Assembly (NCBI GenBank): GCA_002269645.1
Contig: NIVC01003306.1
Span: 1-64,000, forward strand
Direction: 5' to 3'
Length of the DNA: 64,000 nt
Source: Macrostomum lignano
Taxonomy: Eukaryota
The position numbers and the translations under genes were made by a program. A model generated the notes under the pieces. That model was not told where the DNA came from. It saw only the letters and a program-made list of their open reading frames with translations, and ran no database searches. This document shows positions 45,640 to 60,299 of this stretch, piece after piece; positions within the stretch are counted from its first letter, which is position 1, and every line of letters starts with the position of its first letter.

Positions 45640-47138
45640 CTTCAACCCGAAATCCAATGATATTAAAGCCCCTAAGTGATGAATTCATATATCGCGCTTC
45701 GGTTCTCGTCTCAACTGTGAGTGGTGCAATTCGCATCACAAGGCCCTAAAACATGTACATGTAGCTCAGGCTGGTGAGGAGAAAGTGGAGAGTTTATGGC
45801 TAGAGCTGGATAATGCCGCACTTACATGTACATGTATAATTGTCAATCACAGGTTTCTGGGTGGAAACTTTAACATGTTGCTGAGTGCATGTGCTAAGGA
45901 GTCAGCCTAATAGCCATTGGCCGAGTCTTACCGCCCCTACGGGCACCTTACCGGCGAGGACAAGCGGGCATGGCACTTGGCTTTTCGTCGACCGGCGGTG
46001 ATGCCGGCGGTGTTACGTTCGCGCCCAGACCCTGAAACACGCCCTGTGATCGACGTACGTTGTACTTGCCTCTCTTGACTGGCTGACAGCGTATTTTGTT
46101 GTTGCCTTACGCTGGTCATCGGATGTCGCCAAAGGCGTTGCGGTAGGCTGCCCCTCAAACCCTCTTGCAAATATAATTTTAAGTTTTGATTTTTATGGGT
46201 AGAGATAGATAATACATTTGCATTTCGTTGCTGTACCGGAAGCGTGTAAGCAACTTTTGATTTATATCGAGTTTTTACGGGAGTGTTGCTTCAGAGTTTA
46301 ATCCAATTTTCTTTCGTCTATAGATTGAATGGCGTGTGACTGAATGTTTTGACAACGAATCAAAGTACTAAATAGCAATGGTTTAATCTATTAAATAATC
46401 AAACTGGATTATTGAAGGCCGGTGCAGTATATTGAAGGTACTTGGCTTTGGTGCAGATCAGACAGAAAATAGCAGCTAGGGGTTGAGCATGTACATGATC
46501 AATAACATGCCTACAGTCACAGCAATTGAAAATAATTGGTTATTAGTTGTTTTCTTTTCGGCTAAATTTCATTGTACCTAAAAGCAGATGCGGCAGGACT
46601 CTGGCAGAGCAGCGTCCTGGCTCAACTGTCGGAATAAATATGTTAGAAGTGAGCTGGTATATCAATGCTGTAATGGAAAACAATTATTGGAAAGTTTGCC
46701 ATAACCTCCAGCATAGAATAGTCTGCTCATACAGGTACCTTATGAAACCGGTCAGGGGGGAACGTGGCAATCAGAAGAAATTGATACAGCATAAAATCAT
46801 GAAAAATCGTCACTCGAGTTTAAGCATGCCGAATCGATGTGAAAATTCCGTAAAAAACAATAAATTGACAAAAATCGTTTCGTTTTCAACTTGTGGCACA
46901 ATAAGAACTGGATTTAAAGTTTCAATATTAAGTACTGTTTGTTACAAAATTCTGAATATATAGTCTGAACAAAAGGCCATTATAAAACGGTTCAGGATTA
47001 GCAAAACGCTACGAATTTATGTTTAACTAAGCAATATCCGAAAAACAGTTGTAATTTCTTCCGAGTTCTGTTGTACCACTGCTATTGATTAAGAAAGAAT
47101 CAGCGGAGCTTGAATATAACCATGTCACCAGTTGAGTT

Positions 47139-49727
47139 TCACGGCTGCGACAAGCCGGCGCCGATGGCGCACTTGCCGTTGGCGGCGCAGGCGAATCCGC
47201 GGGGGCAACAGTGGGAGCCGCCGGAACAACAAACGCCCTAAAGGTTGAGAAACAATTATAATACAATATCAGAGAGTTTTGAAACATTAAGATCTATATA
47301 AGCTACCAAGGAACTTACGTCAGAATGGCTGCAACACTTGGGACTGCCGGAGTCAGTAATGCAGCAGGTAGACTTGCTGCCGCAGTTAAGGCCCGCAGCG
47401 CAAGCCACCAAGCGCCTCTGTGCACCGAACATAGACAAGTGAGCTGATCCAACAGACTGTGATGGATAATCAGCTGAGTGAACAGGCTCAGTAGTGGCCA
47501 CTTGGTCAACCTCCGACACAGGAGCCATGCACTGGTACGTCTTTGGGTCGCACACAAGGCCGTTCTTGCAGCACAGCACTGAGCCAGAGAAGAACGTGCA
47601 ACAGCTGGACAACTTAACACGGCTAGCAATGGAACCCGACTTGGAGCAGGTACCAGCAGACACATCGCACTTGTATCCGTTGGGGCAGCAGTGGACTCCG
47701 TCCCTGCAGCATGTGGCCTTCTCCAATGGACAGCAGCCATACTGACCTGACTGAAGCTTGCAGCACGTCGATCCGTCTGGGCACTGGCTCTGACCGTCGG
47801 GGCACACTACGGCGTCGGTCTTGGTCTTGGTCTTGGTGAGAGCGTGGACAATGCCTCCTTTGGAGCAGGTACCAGCAGACACATCGCACTTGTATCCGTT
47901 GGGGCAGCAGTGGACTCCGTCCCTGCAGCATGTGGCCTTCTCCAATGGACAGCAGCCATACTGACCTGACTGAAGCTTGCAGCACGTCGATCCGTCTGGG
48001 CACTGGCTCTGACCGTCGGGGCACACTACGGCGTCGGTCTTGGTCTTGGTCTTGGTGAGAGCGTGGACAATGCCTCCTTTGGAGCAGGTACCAGCAGACA
48101 CATCGCACTTGTATCCGTTGGGGCAGCAGTGGACTCCGTCCCTGCAGCATGTGGCCTTCTCCAATGGACAGCAGCCATACTGACCTGACTGAAGCTTGCA
48201 GCACGTCGATCCGTCTGGGCACTGGCTCTGACCGTCGGGGCACACTACGGCGTCGGTCTTGGTCTTGGTCTTGGTGAGAGCGTGGACAATGCCTCCTTTG
48301 GAGCAGGTACCAGCAGACACATCGCACTTGTATCCGTTGGGGCAGCAGTGGACTCCGTCCCTGCAGCATGTGGCCTTCTCCAATGGACAGCAGCCATACT
48401 GACCTGACTGAAGCTTGCAGCACGTCGATCCGTCTGGGCACTGGCTCTGACCGTCGGGGCACACTACGGCGTCGGTCTTGGTCTTGGTCTTGGTGAGAGC
48501 GTGGACAATGCCTCCTTTGGAGCAGGTACCAGCAGACACATCGCACTTGTATCCGTTGGGGCAGCAGTGGACTCCGTCCCTGCAGCATGTGGCCTTCTCC
48601 AATGGACAGCAGCCATACTGACCTGACTGAAGCTTGCAGCACGTCGATCCGTCTGGGCACTGGCTCTGACCGTCGGGGCACACTACGGCGTCGGTCTTGG
48701 TCTTGGTCTTGGTGAGAGCGTGGACAATGCCTCCTTTGGAGCAGGTACCAGCAGACACATCGCACTTGTATCCGTTGGGGCAGCAGTGGACTCCGTCCCT
48801 GCAGCATGTGGCCTTCTCCAATGGACAGCAGCCATACTGACCTGACTGAAGCTTGCAGCACGTCGATCCGTCTGGGCACTGGCTCTGACCGTCGGGGCAC
48901 ACTACGGCGTCGGTCTTGGTCTTGGTCTTGGTGAGAGCGTGGACAATGCCTCCTTTGGAGCAGGTACCAGCAGACACATCGCACTTGTATCCGTTGGGGC
49001 AGCAGTGGACTCCGTCCCTGCAGCATGTGGCCTTCTCCAATGGACAGCAGCCATACTGACCTGACTGAAGCTTGCAGCACGTCGATCCGTCTGGGCACTG
49101 GCTCTGACCGTCGGGGCACACTACGGCGTCGGTCTTGGTCTTGGTCTTGGTGAGAGCGTGGACAATGCCTCCTTTGGAGCAGGTACCAGCAGACACATCG
49201 CACTTGTATCCGTTGGGGCAGCAGTGGACTCCGTCCCTGCAGCATGTGGCCTTCTCCAATGGACAGCAGCCATACTGACCTGACTGAAGCTTGCAGCACG
49301 TCGATCCGTCTGGGCACTGGCTCTGACCGTCGGGGCACACTACAGCGTTGACTTCTTTGTCTTGCTTAACTATGCAAGTTCCATCTTTAATATTGCATTG
49401 GTGTCCGAATGGGCAGCAAGTTAACTTATCAACACAGCAGGTTCCATTTTTGTATGGACAACAGCCTTCTTGCCCGGTGCTTAGAGAACACTTGCTCTCT
49501 TCGTTAGAACATCTATTACTGTGTGAAGTCGATGACTTCAGTGTTGGTAGTTGCAATGGTTGAGATCTTTTGATGGCAGGGATCTTTTTAAAGATCGGGA
49601 TCGTGTCAGGCAATTCGTCATCAAAAAGAGGTCGTCGAATTGGCTTGTAGAGAAGGTCATGGGAAAGAACTTCGCTAGTAGCAAGAACACTTGCCAAAAG
49701 AAGTGAAAGAAGAAGACGACCGGGCAT
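47139..49727 (-). CDS. GRN: Progranulin-like secreted precursor, 835 aa; exons 49727-47319 and 47237-47139
   Basis: Signal peptide MPGRLLLSLLLASVLA; granulin pattern C-x6-C-x5-CC-x8-CC-x6-CC-x5-CC-x5-C-x6-C repeated 8 times. Phase-0 intron joins CCSHSD to GVCCSGGSHCCPRG. Confidence 0.93.
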
Positions 49728-52700
49728 GGTAGCCCTTAAAATCGAATTTTCAAAAAAGGGATCAAATAAAAATAAAAATACGAGTAGCTTGTGCAGACGA
49801 CAGGCGACTTCTTTTTTGTGTCTTTTAACGCACAATTACAAATAAGATTTTATCATGTAGATACATCTTGAATTCAACCTAAACACCCATTTTGAATTAA
49901 CGCAATTAGAAACTGGGATTATTAACAAAATTTTGTTGTCAGCAACCTAAGTTCATTTTTAGTAAAATTTGAAAGTTTTTATGCATGACTTTTTTAGTTT
50001 AGAATTTTTTCATCAAAGACAGCACTAGATAAACATGTATTTCTGGCTATGATATTATTGTCGTTAGCAGCATGATGCCACATAGTGGTTAGGTGGAGGT
50101 TTGTATCAATTTCAATTAGGTATTTTAATTCTGCGTCATAAAACTTTATCCATTATAGTTATACTTCTATACTAATTCTACGTCCTAATAAACGCTAAGA
50201 AGTAAGAATCAGTTGAAAAATGAGACAGTAATTTAATGACCTGTACTGTTCTGCAGGATAGGGTCCAATGTTCTGACTTATGCCTACTAAAGCCAAACCC
50301 AAACCAAAAGCTAAAGCTTAACGCCTTGATTTATGTTTACAAAGTTTTTTGTTTTTTAAATCATTATTATTTTGACATGTCATAATTTATAATCAGTAAG
50401 ATAAAATTCAGAATTTAAGACATTTGTAAATGCAGAGAGGCATTATTTTATTTAAAACAGCTAGCAGAGCAGAGAGAAGTAACAAATCTAAGGTGGTGGT
50501 GGTGGTTTGCTCGTATGATATGGCATATGGTATGGTAGGCCACTAGGCCTATAGAATATAGAATAGACACTTATTTGGACTATCAATATATGAATGTGCA
50601 GAAATTTCCTTTCAAAAATTCCAGAAAAATTTATCATCATAGCCTATAGGCCTACATATACCTGTACTGTAGGCTTAGCTGTAGGCATTCCTTTAATCTA
50701 AATATACTAAATCTCTAAGGTTTGTATGCTTGAATGTCCATAACACTCTAGAGCTTGCAATTTAATACTAGGTCTATAATAGGCCCTATAGGCCTACTTA
50801 TCTTGACCTAGGGCCTAGTCATTGAAATTAGTTGGACCTAGGCCCTAAGAATTCTAGGCATAAAATATGATAGACCCATAAATCTAAATCATTACATTAT
50901 TTATCTGGCTAACCAACATGGCCTACCTGCCCTACTCTTAGTCTTATTTTTTAGATCCTATTACTAGATTAAATTCATAGCTGACCTTATTAGCTTATAG
51001 CTATGGCTTAAGCCCTATGTTGAGGCTGAGCCATAGCAATGATAATAAATAGGCCTAGAGGCCTATGACTTGACTCAAGATATATTATATAATAATAATA
51101 TAAGTAGACCTTTTTACTTATTAGAGTCTAACCAAGATTAGATTTTTGTTTTTGAGCAAGATCAATCAAATAAAAATTTGAGATAAAAAATCAATCAATC
51201 AAGAATTAGGCCTAGAGATCAAGCTACAATTGTGAACTTATATAGTAAGAATAAGTAGGCCTACTTACTTAGATAATTCATAAAATTTAGCCTAGGCCTC
51301 CCTATAGTATAAATATTAATTTAATGTCTTTGTCATCTTATATTATATTTTAGTCATTACTTGCAGCCATAGTCTATTGCTCTAGCAATAGTAGCCTTTG
51401 GTTCTTAGTGGCTCAAGGTCCTACAAGAAATGTTGGCCTAGCAGGGTGCCAAATGCCAATAGAGTCTCAACACTGTCAACCATATCTATCTATAGCCACA
51501 TTGTAGAAAAATGCTTCAAAGCTAGCTAAAAGAGTTGCATCTTTAGTGTTGGCCATTGGCTATCTAGCCAAGTTGCTGTCCTAGCTCAACTTACTCACAG
51601 GCTATGCTCAGACTATTGCAACTTGACTTTCAATGCTAGTAGCCAGTAGGGTCTAGTTTCCTATGCATAAATGATAAAAATATGTTTGCAGCTAGTTAGC
51701 AGCAACTATTTCAAGGATGTATTGGTTTCCCAACAGACATTCAGAAATCGTTCATTAAATGTTTAACAAAATTGTCTATTTATTACGCAAGATATTGTGT
51801 ATTTATAGAAACTTTTACGCATGTCTCTTCTTTAAAAAGACACCTCAGACACACACAAAGACGCTTTACAAGCTGAGATATTCCCTAGCAACTGTTGTTA
51901 CAACATTTCCCAATGTACCGAATAGTGTATATAGTAGTTTTTTGAGAAGTCACTACATCGCCCCACTTTGATCTTTCTGCATGAAATTTGCACAGCTGTT
52001 TTATGCATGTCTCTGCTTTAAAAAGACACTTCAGACACACACAAAGACACTTCATAAGCTGAGATATTCCCTAGCAACTATTGTTACGACGTTTCCCAAT
52101 AAACCAAAAATGTATATAGTAGTTCAGCCTGGACATTGCTGATCACTGATCAAACCTCGACAGTGGGCAAACCTCAACTACTAGGTATCCTCAGCTAGTC
52201 TCCTAAGCATTTAGTCATCACCCGGAAGCCGTCGGCATCTTCAACAGATGACACCAGGCAACTGTGACCACCCTGATGCAAATTTCTCGAGTTTCGCCAA
52301 TCAAGCCTTGACAGTGAGCAAGCCTTAACTTTTGGACACCCTCAGCTAGTCTCTCGAGCATTCTGTCACCACTCCGACACCATTGGCACCTTCAACAGGT
52401 GGCATCAGATGACTATGGACATCCTTTTGCAACTATGTCAGGTTTTTCTTATCTTTTTGTGCTTCAATAATGCGCAATCTGTAACTCCTGTTTATTCTCA
52501 GCTAGAGTCCCAAACAGTCCATAATCACCCGACATAATTATGTAAACATGATGAGGTAATTTGTTAATTAAACTAAATTGAACAGAATATTCACAAAAAG
52601 AAAGCACTAAAAATTACCAAATTTTCTGTGTGGAATGAAGATAAAGTCACAATATAGAAAATATCCAAGCCTTCTGTCTTAAAAGTTACTATTTGTTTAA

Positions 52701-53602
52701 AAAAATCATACTTCTGGGTGTCTATGGTCATGGTTTTGTCTCTATGAAGGTGCCGATGACGGCAGAATGATGACAGAATTCTTGAGAAACTATAGTTAAG
52801 GATGCCTAGCAGTTGAGGTTTGCCAATTATTGAAGCTAGATAAAAAATCTAGCATATTTGCATCAGACTGTCCATAGTCAGCTGGTGTAATCTGTTGAAG
52901 GTAGTGTCCGGGTGATGAATGAATGCTCAAGAGACTATAGCTGAGGATGTCCAGCAGTTGAGGCTTGCCCACTCTGTCAAGGCTTGATCAGCAAAACTAG
53001 CTGAGAAATTTTAACAGCGTGTCCATATACATGTAGACACCTGTTGCAACTTGTTGAATGTCTAGAAGCTTTGTCTGGGTAAAGGCTAGTGACCAACAAA
53101 GTCAAATAAATCTGATGCAGACACATGTGCTGACAAAATTTGGAGACTTGGCAAGGCTGCACTGAGGTGCAGTGCTTATTGGCGCACAGGGTGTAATACA
53201 CTAGCACTTATGGGAAAAATCCAACCATCTGCAGGCAGAATCATCGAATATCTCAACAGTCCAGAAGGCTGGCGACAACTTGATTCTTGTTCGAGGTGCA
53301 TAGCAAAAAGTAAGCCCATGTTCTTGAATTTTGTGCGCCTGCGTTGCTCCATGTTGGCGCATAAAAAATTATGTCAGGGGTGGGGGATTCCCTGTTCTAC
53401 TGTTAATAATAGAACAGTAATATTATTATATAGTAATAAAAGGAATACAGTAATACGATCGTAATAATCTTATTATCATTATTAATAGTAATAATTTCAA
53501 TAATAGTATTAATAATATTGTAAAAATAATACATTCGGTATTTTTAGAAAATGTCGTAACAACATTTGCTAGGGAATATCTCAGCTTGTAAAGTGTCTTT
53601 GT

Positions 53603-56530
53603 CCCAGTGAAAAATGATTCATGGATTCCACGTGGGTTCCACGTGGCCATGTGGAATTTAAATGTTTCTTTAATTTTTGCAAATTAATGACTTAAAGATG
53701 ACATAATGGTATGCAAAGTATTTTTTATGCACTATTTTTTAATTTTTACTGTCCTAATGTTGATGTGGATTTTACAAGGAATTCATGAGAAATAAGCGTA
53801 TATTGATTCAACATGGAATCCACTTCGATAAAAAAACTGTGATACACCACATTCAGACGTTTTTATGAAATTACTATAATTAATTATTATATTTATATGC
53901 TTTTAAGTAAAAATGAATATCTTAAAGCTAAATTATAATCAGAAAATAAGATACTGTTTGTTAAAATAGACAAAATAGAAGTGAACAATAAAAAACGTTT
54001 CGTGCTTTTTAAAATTAAATTTATTTTATTTTATATTCGTCAATGTCTTGGTTCAAGGCCTTGAAAGATAAATTGCCTTGTTTATGGCTATTTAAGCACC
54101 TTAAAAATTTTAGTAGACATAGCCTATAGGCAATAACTTATAAGGCCATGGCCTCCATGGGATTAGAAATTAGATAAATCAGTATTTCATCATAGATAGG
54201 CCTAATACTTTTGGTAAAATCCATCCATGATAAATTTATTTAGGCTTATCCAATTTCTAGGAATCCCATGGCCATGTCCATAGATTGGCTACTCATTTTT
54301 TAAACTTAAATAGTCCTTTAGAAGTTCATAATTTCCTCTTAGTCCTACCTATTAGTCTTATCTATTTATGTATGCTTATTAGGCCTATTTTAAGCTAGGC
54401 CTAGGCCTATAACTATCAATTTAGGTCCTTCTATTTTAATTAAGGTTAAGACTAGCTTGACTTTGTGAATTGTGACTAGTCAATCTAGTTAATCTGTTAA
54501 AAATCTATTCATTTATGATTTTCTTCAAAAAAGCCTGTTAGCATCTTTTAGACTTGTTGCATTTTTAAAAACAATATTATTAGGCCCCCTAATCATTATA
54601 AATAATTCTTTGCAATTACACTTGCAACCTGTTTTTGGCATAGCTAGCCTAGCAGATCCCTAAGGTTGCTATTATAAATAAATAATGATTATTGTAAATT
54701 TGATCTGATTTAGGCCAAGTCTAGAATTTAATAGCTATAGGGCATAGCTTTTAAGATTAGGCCTAATGTTTAATCATACTATTTTTTTATTAGAGGCAGG
54801 GGGTTGTGTGCACCCTGGCACACATTAAGCGACATAGGCATACAACTGGCGAGAGGCATTGCTGCCCATTCCACTAACTCCCTTGAGCAGGCACACAAGC
54901 GTGGGGATACGTATGCAAGCACATTTACACAGGAGTGTACAGTGGCCCTAACTTTATTTATTGTTAGGCATGTATACTTCACTGTGCCTTGGGGGTTGGC
55001 TCTCAAGGCCATTAATTGCACAAGCAGAGAGCCAAGCCAAGATTCCAATTCAGCCCCAAATTAATATGACTGCACTTAGAATCGAGCCTAGGTCGCTGGC
55101 ACACCAGAGCAGCTGTGCTACCGCTTGGCTACAGCCCCCCTTTTAATCATAATAGGCCCGCAAATATAAAAAAAACATGCATTGCTTTGCCTAAATACTT
55201 TATAGTCTAAAATCAATTTTAAAATAAAAACTTAAATTTATAGAAACATATATTAATTTTTGTACTTATTATTTTAATTTTATTAATTTAATTTTATTGA
55301 TTGACTTGGGTAGGGTTTTCTTTTTTGCTAGAGACAAGGTGCAAAATCATACCCTATGCTCACTTTTAGGGTTTTATGATTTTAAGGCTTAAAATGCAGT
55401 TTCTCTTTTTTCTTATATAAAGGCAGTGCAAAAAAGGCTTCAACAGAAAAATAGGTAATGAGATCACACCTAAACTGTATCATCAACTTTTTAATTTCAA
55501 TTTTCAAGGTGCAATTTTTAAATTTGGGGTGCATATGCACACTTTGCGCTTAAAAAATAAACCTAGGACTTAGGCCTAGTTAATTTTAAAATAAACTTTA
55601 TTTTATTTTATAAGTATTCATCATTAAATTAGTTTTATGAATTATATCAATATTATTTATCAATCTTAATTGGCAACAATTATTTTTCTATTTCATGCAT
55701 GCCTAACATTACATGACCCATCCCCAAACTTGGATGTCACCTTGGTCTTGCATTTGAAGAAGCTTGCAAAGCTACTTGGAATTTGAATTTAATATCTCAA
55801 ATGCTACCTTTTGTGAAGCAATGGTAAGTTTTAGTTATAAACTTATTTTTTTCTGTCATCAAAATCTATCAAAATCTATTACAAAATCTGTCATCAATCT
55901 GTTATAAAATTCTGTAATTTAACCCCTTTCTTTTCTAAGGTTGCTCACCTGACCTGAAGAAGCAGCATTCTGGCAATTGGCAGCAGCATGTTTCTGACTG
56001 TTCTAATTCTGATGCATTATATTATTGTTAATTAATGCTATTGACAATGTCAATTTCAAATTATATATTATATCATATGCGCAGTGCAACTCTAAAGATA
56101 TCAATATTTACATCAGTGTGTTTATTCTTTGTGTGCCAGTGACTCACTACTGTACATAAATACACCTTACATCGTTTTTGAATATTGAATTTTGAATTTT
56201 GAATTTTTGTGCAGAAATATTTTTGGCTATAGCTAGTGTTTTATCTGTGTTTCAGTTTCTTTTATATGGTATTGAGATCTGGGGTTCGTATGAAATTTTG
56301 AGATCTGGTATTATTTTGAGATTTAGGATGCAACAATTTATTATGGCAACCAGTATAATGGCTGCTTATTCAATGACAATGTGGATTCTATGTGAAATAC
56401 ATAATTACTTCCATATGGATCTTCCATGTGGAATCCATATCTTGATTCCACATGGATGGACGGAGACAAATGCACATATGGATTTCATATAAAAAATCCA
56501 CATGGAATCCATATCATTTTTTTCACTGGG
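53603..56530. mobile_element. Non-autonomous CMC/EnSpm-like element nested in the right arm of the foldback
   Basis: TIRs CCCAGTGAAAAA / TTTTTCACTGGG, 2-bp GT TSD, subterminal TGGATTCCA-type repeats. Removing it restores the host GTCTTT(GT)4CTG subrepeat. Confidence 0.8.
54779..55141 (-). mobile_element. tRNA-derived SINE nested in the EnSpm-like element
   Basis: Reverse-complement copy; 10-bp TSD TTTAATCATA (54769-54778 and 55142-55151). Confidence 0.88.
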
Positions 56531-59093
56531 GTGTGTGTCTGAGGTGTCTTTTTAAAGCAGAGACATGCGTAAAACAGCTGTGCAAATTTCATGCAGAAAG
56601 ACCAAAGTGGGACAATGTAGCGGCTTCTCAAAAAACTACTATATACAATATTCGGTACATTGGGAAACGTCGTAACAACATTTGCTAGGGAATATCTCAG
56701 CTTGTGAAGCGTCTTTGTGTGTGTCTGAAGTGTCTTTTTAAAGCAGAGACATGCGTAAAACAGCTGTGCAAATTTTATGCAGAAAGACCAAAGTGGGACG
56801 ATGTAGCGGCTTCTCAAAAAACTACTATATACACTATTCGGTACATTGGGAAATGTTGTAACAACAGTTGCTAGGGAATATCTCAGCTTGTGAAGTGTCT
56901 TTGTGTGTGTCTGGGGTGTCTTTTTAAAGAAGAGACATGCGTAAAAGTTTCTATAAATACACAGTATCTTGCGCAATAAATAGAAAATTTTGTTTAACAT
57001 TTACTTAACGATTTCTGAATGTCTGTCTACGTGTATAACATTTACCGACCGATATTCCGATCGATATTCCTATCGATATTCCGACCGATATTTTTATATG
57101 AAACACATGTAAAAAAACAAAATAGTTTCGATTTTCCTCACAATGTGCATTGAATATCATGCAGCGATTTCTTCTTTTGTGTAGGCCAATATGAAATGCT
57201 CATTTTTATGCTGCAATCTTACTTAAATCGTCTTTTTATTATCACTACTTTTTGGTAGACCTCAAGAGATTCATTATTAAGGCTAGTGTAGGCCTAGCAT
57301 TAATAAAATTATTTTTATCGCTATTTAGCTAATAAAGTTGCCTTTGACATTTGTTTACTAATTAACTAGCTTAATATTTTAAGCAAAAAATATGTGCAGC
57401 AGTTATTTTCTCTTCTTTATGCAGATGCTTTACATTGTTTGCTTGGCAATTCTAATTCTCTATTATACTCTATTATACTCTCTAGTATACTCTATGACTA
57501 TAGTATTCTAGTCCTGACTTATATATAGGCCCCTGTGCTCTAGCAAGTTTGTTGCATAGCATATAGTATATCTAGTCTAGTTGACTTACCTATTCCATTT
57601 TAGGCCCACCAGGCTAAAGGCCTATATAAAAAAAGATACATAGGCCTAGTTTTTTTCTTTTTTTCAATTATCTAACTAGTAACTTAGTTTTTTTAGATAA
57701 AAACTAGCTATAAGCATAGCTATCTAATGTAGTTAACAAAAAGTAAATATGTGTATAATATAAACACATAATATATGTGCATATAATATAAAATTCAATA
57801 AAAAGTAATATTAGGATGACAAAGTTTTTGTTTTTATCTTAGAAAATTAGGTAGAAAAATATAGATCATATATAAATTTAATACATGGTGTTATATATGT
57901 TTTGTATCAACAAAAAAAATTTTCAAGTCAAATTGTGTCCCAGGGCTCTCAATTATTCTTTTGCTAGCCGTACTAGCTGCCACCAAAGTTGTAATAGAGC
58001 TATTTCTCCTTAACAATTCTACTGATTATTAATTGTCTTGCTACTAGTAGCGCATATATTTCTATTGGTAGCATATGTACTTTTATTGGTAGCATCTATA
58101 CCTCTATTGTACTTTCTGGCCTGAGTGGTCTTTTAGGCATTGTCTATCCTATTCCTATACTCTAAAGATATTATTCTTAGTCCTAGGCATTCCCGGGATC
58201 AGAGGGTTACAGCGCACTTTGCTGGGTATTCTGCCCTGAGGTGGGTTTCTCAGACTCTAAGCCTGGATTTCTCTACCCTGTGGTAGGATCTCTGCCTCCT
58301 AAAGGCGGGTTACTAGACTCCTAAGTTTAGGATTTCTCGTTCTCTGAAAACAGACTGGACTCCTAATCTTGGGGCAACTCCTAAACTACTATCCACTACT
58401 CGAAATAAGTAACACGAGCAAATATGAGCCCAAGGCTGATTTCTTCTCAAATGAGAGTATTAAAGTTGTTCAGGAACAGAAGTTACTTTGCCAGGCTCCC
58501 AAGTGGCCTCTATTTATAGTAAAAACTTCTTATTGTTTCAAACAAAATATTATACAAAAAATATAGAAAATATGCAAAATATATGAAATATTCGCGTAGT
58601 ATAACAATAGCGTTTGAATTTATATGTCTCTAAGAAATGTAAAACTACTTACTAAAATCAAAGCCTATTACAATTGTAATTACCTTTAAAGAAAAAATTT
58701 ATGGATAGAAAGAATAAGCAATTCTAACTTGATAGAAAATTGTATATTATAGCAAAAAGAAAATAATTCTAGTAAAAAGAAAACATTTATACATAGTTTA
58801 AAAATATCTTATTCTAAAAAGAAAGTATCATAATATAAAACAAAATGGTATAGCCTTAAAAGTAAGATTAAATAGAAAATTGTTTTGGCTAAATAGAAAA
58901 GTAATTTTGGCAAAATAGAAAAGTAAAGTAAACTAAAAAGAAATTAATCTAACTAAAAAGTTCTTTACAAAGTTTGCAAAAACCTTTAGGCAAAAACAAT
59001 AAAAGATATAGAATTCTATTGTCTATTTGTAAGCTATGGCATAAGCAGTTAATTGCTAAAAGAATTTTAATGCAAGGTAAATATATAAGATAA

Positions 59094-59700
59094 TCTCCAA
59101 CTATAAAAATCAAAACTCTGTGTGTCTGTCTGTGTACAAATTACTTCGCTGTATAGACTCCCAAACCGCTCAACCAAATTACACCAAATTTTGCACCCAC
59201 CCTAAATTCACTACCTTATAGACTACCTTAAAATTTCCTAAATTTGAGTCTTCCCACCTTAAAGTGCAAAAAACTGCTCAAAATGCGCAATTTTTTCACT
59301 AAATCCTCTATAGCACCACTCTACTTCCACCGATTCTCTTCAAATTGGACACACTCAATCTTCAACTATTTTGACACAATTGTGTAAAATTTTGAGTCTT
59401 AAAGTTAATCCTAAACGGCGCTGTGCACTTTTAAAGTTAGGCTGTTTTTTTCAGTGTAGCAACCACCCCAACCTCCGCCCACCTGCCTCTCTTTCCCGAT
59501 CCTGATCTGGGCCCAGATGTGTAAAAGGGGTTTCAAAATTGACTAACTTTTGGCTGCCATAAGTTTGCTCCACATGAAGCAATTGACTTCAAATTTGACA
59601 CAATTCTTTATTGACTCATTCTCTGTCTAATTGTAAAGTCTCAACTCTGTATCTCAATCAGAACAGAAACTGTAGGCATGTGAAGTCTGTCTGCTTTTTC
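59094..59700 (+). mobile_element. Possible non-autonomous Helitron/Helentron-like element, end undefined
   Basis: Starts A|TC...ACTATAAAAAT, then TCTGTGTGTCTGTCTGT and AAACCGCTCAACCAAATTACACCAAATTTTG, a layout typical of such elements. No 3' hairpin confirmed. Confidence 0.35.
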
Positions 59701-60299
59701 TGTTGTTTGTTCCACTCACTCACTCATTCCCCCAGCCCAGACAAAGGGTCAGGCGATAGGGCTCAATGTACATAGCAAATGTACAGTGTTTTGGAATAAC
59801 TTTTTAATAGCCTTCTCTGTACCCCCGCGTGTGGAGAGGCTACGTTTAGCCATGACAGTTTAGTGAGAAATTCTAACCACTGTCCTATGTATTGGCAAAC
59901 TCTGCAGCAGTTTAACAGTGGATGGCAAATCAAGGGAATCCAGCATGGTTTGTATAAGCGAAAGATTTATGAAAAGGCAATGCAATGCAATACAACCCTA
60001 TTAAATTAGTCACACCATGGAAATTTTAGGTTTCTCCTCAAAGTACTTTAAATTTTAAATGTCCTAAAAATGCATATTTCCTTGGTTGTTAGACTGATGC
60101 AGACTGCAATGGAGCTGAAAATACACAATTCTTTTCAGGACTGCAAATTGGCAAGAAAGATGACATGATCAAAGTATGAGAACAGCCATGAGAGTACTAC
60201 GTCTCACAAACTGGCTTTCCAAGCAGGAATGGCGAATGGGCAGACTTTTACTTCAAAAGCCAGATAAAGAATCCAGTATCCAGCTTATGTGCAGGCCAG

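Larger units (their letters stand above)
51733..57026. mobile_element. Foldback-type non-autonomous element: long inverted termini built from 186-bp subrepeats
   Basis: ACAGACATTCAGAAATCG at 51733 mirrors CGATTTCTGAATGTCTGT ending 57026. 186-bp period on both arms. Inner inverted ~150-bp subrepeats at about 52120-52480 and 52740-52990. No TSD found. Confidence 0.7.

Noticed and set aside
43879-46170. Possible small exons near 44050-44320 and 45945-46170
   Set aside because: Some splice-like signals, but no coherent spliced ORF or known motif could be built.
47623-49338. 571-aa alternative-frame ORF over granulin
   Set aside because: Shadow of the 219-bp repeat; the cysteine pattern identifies the real frame.
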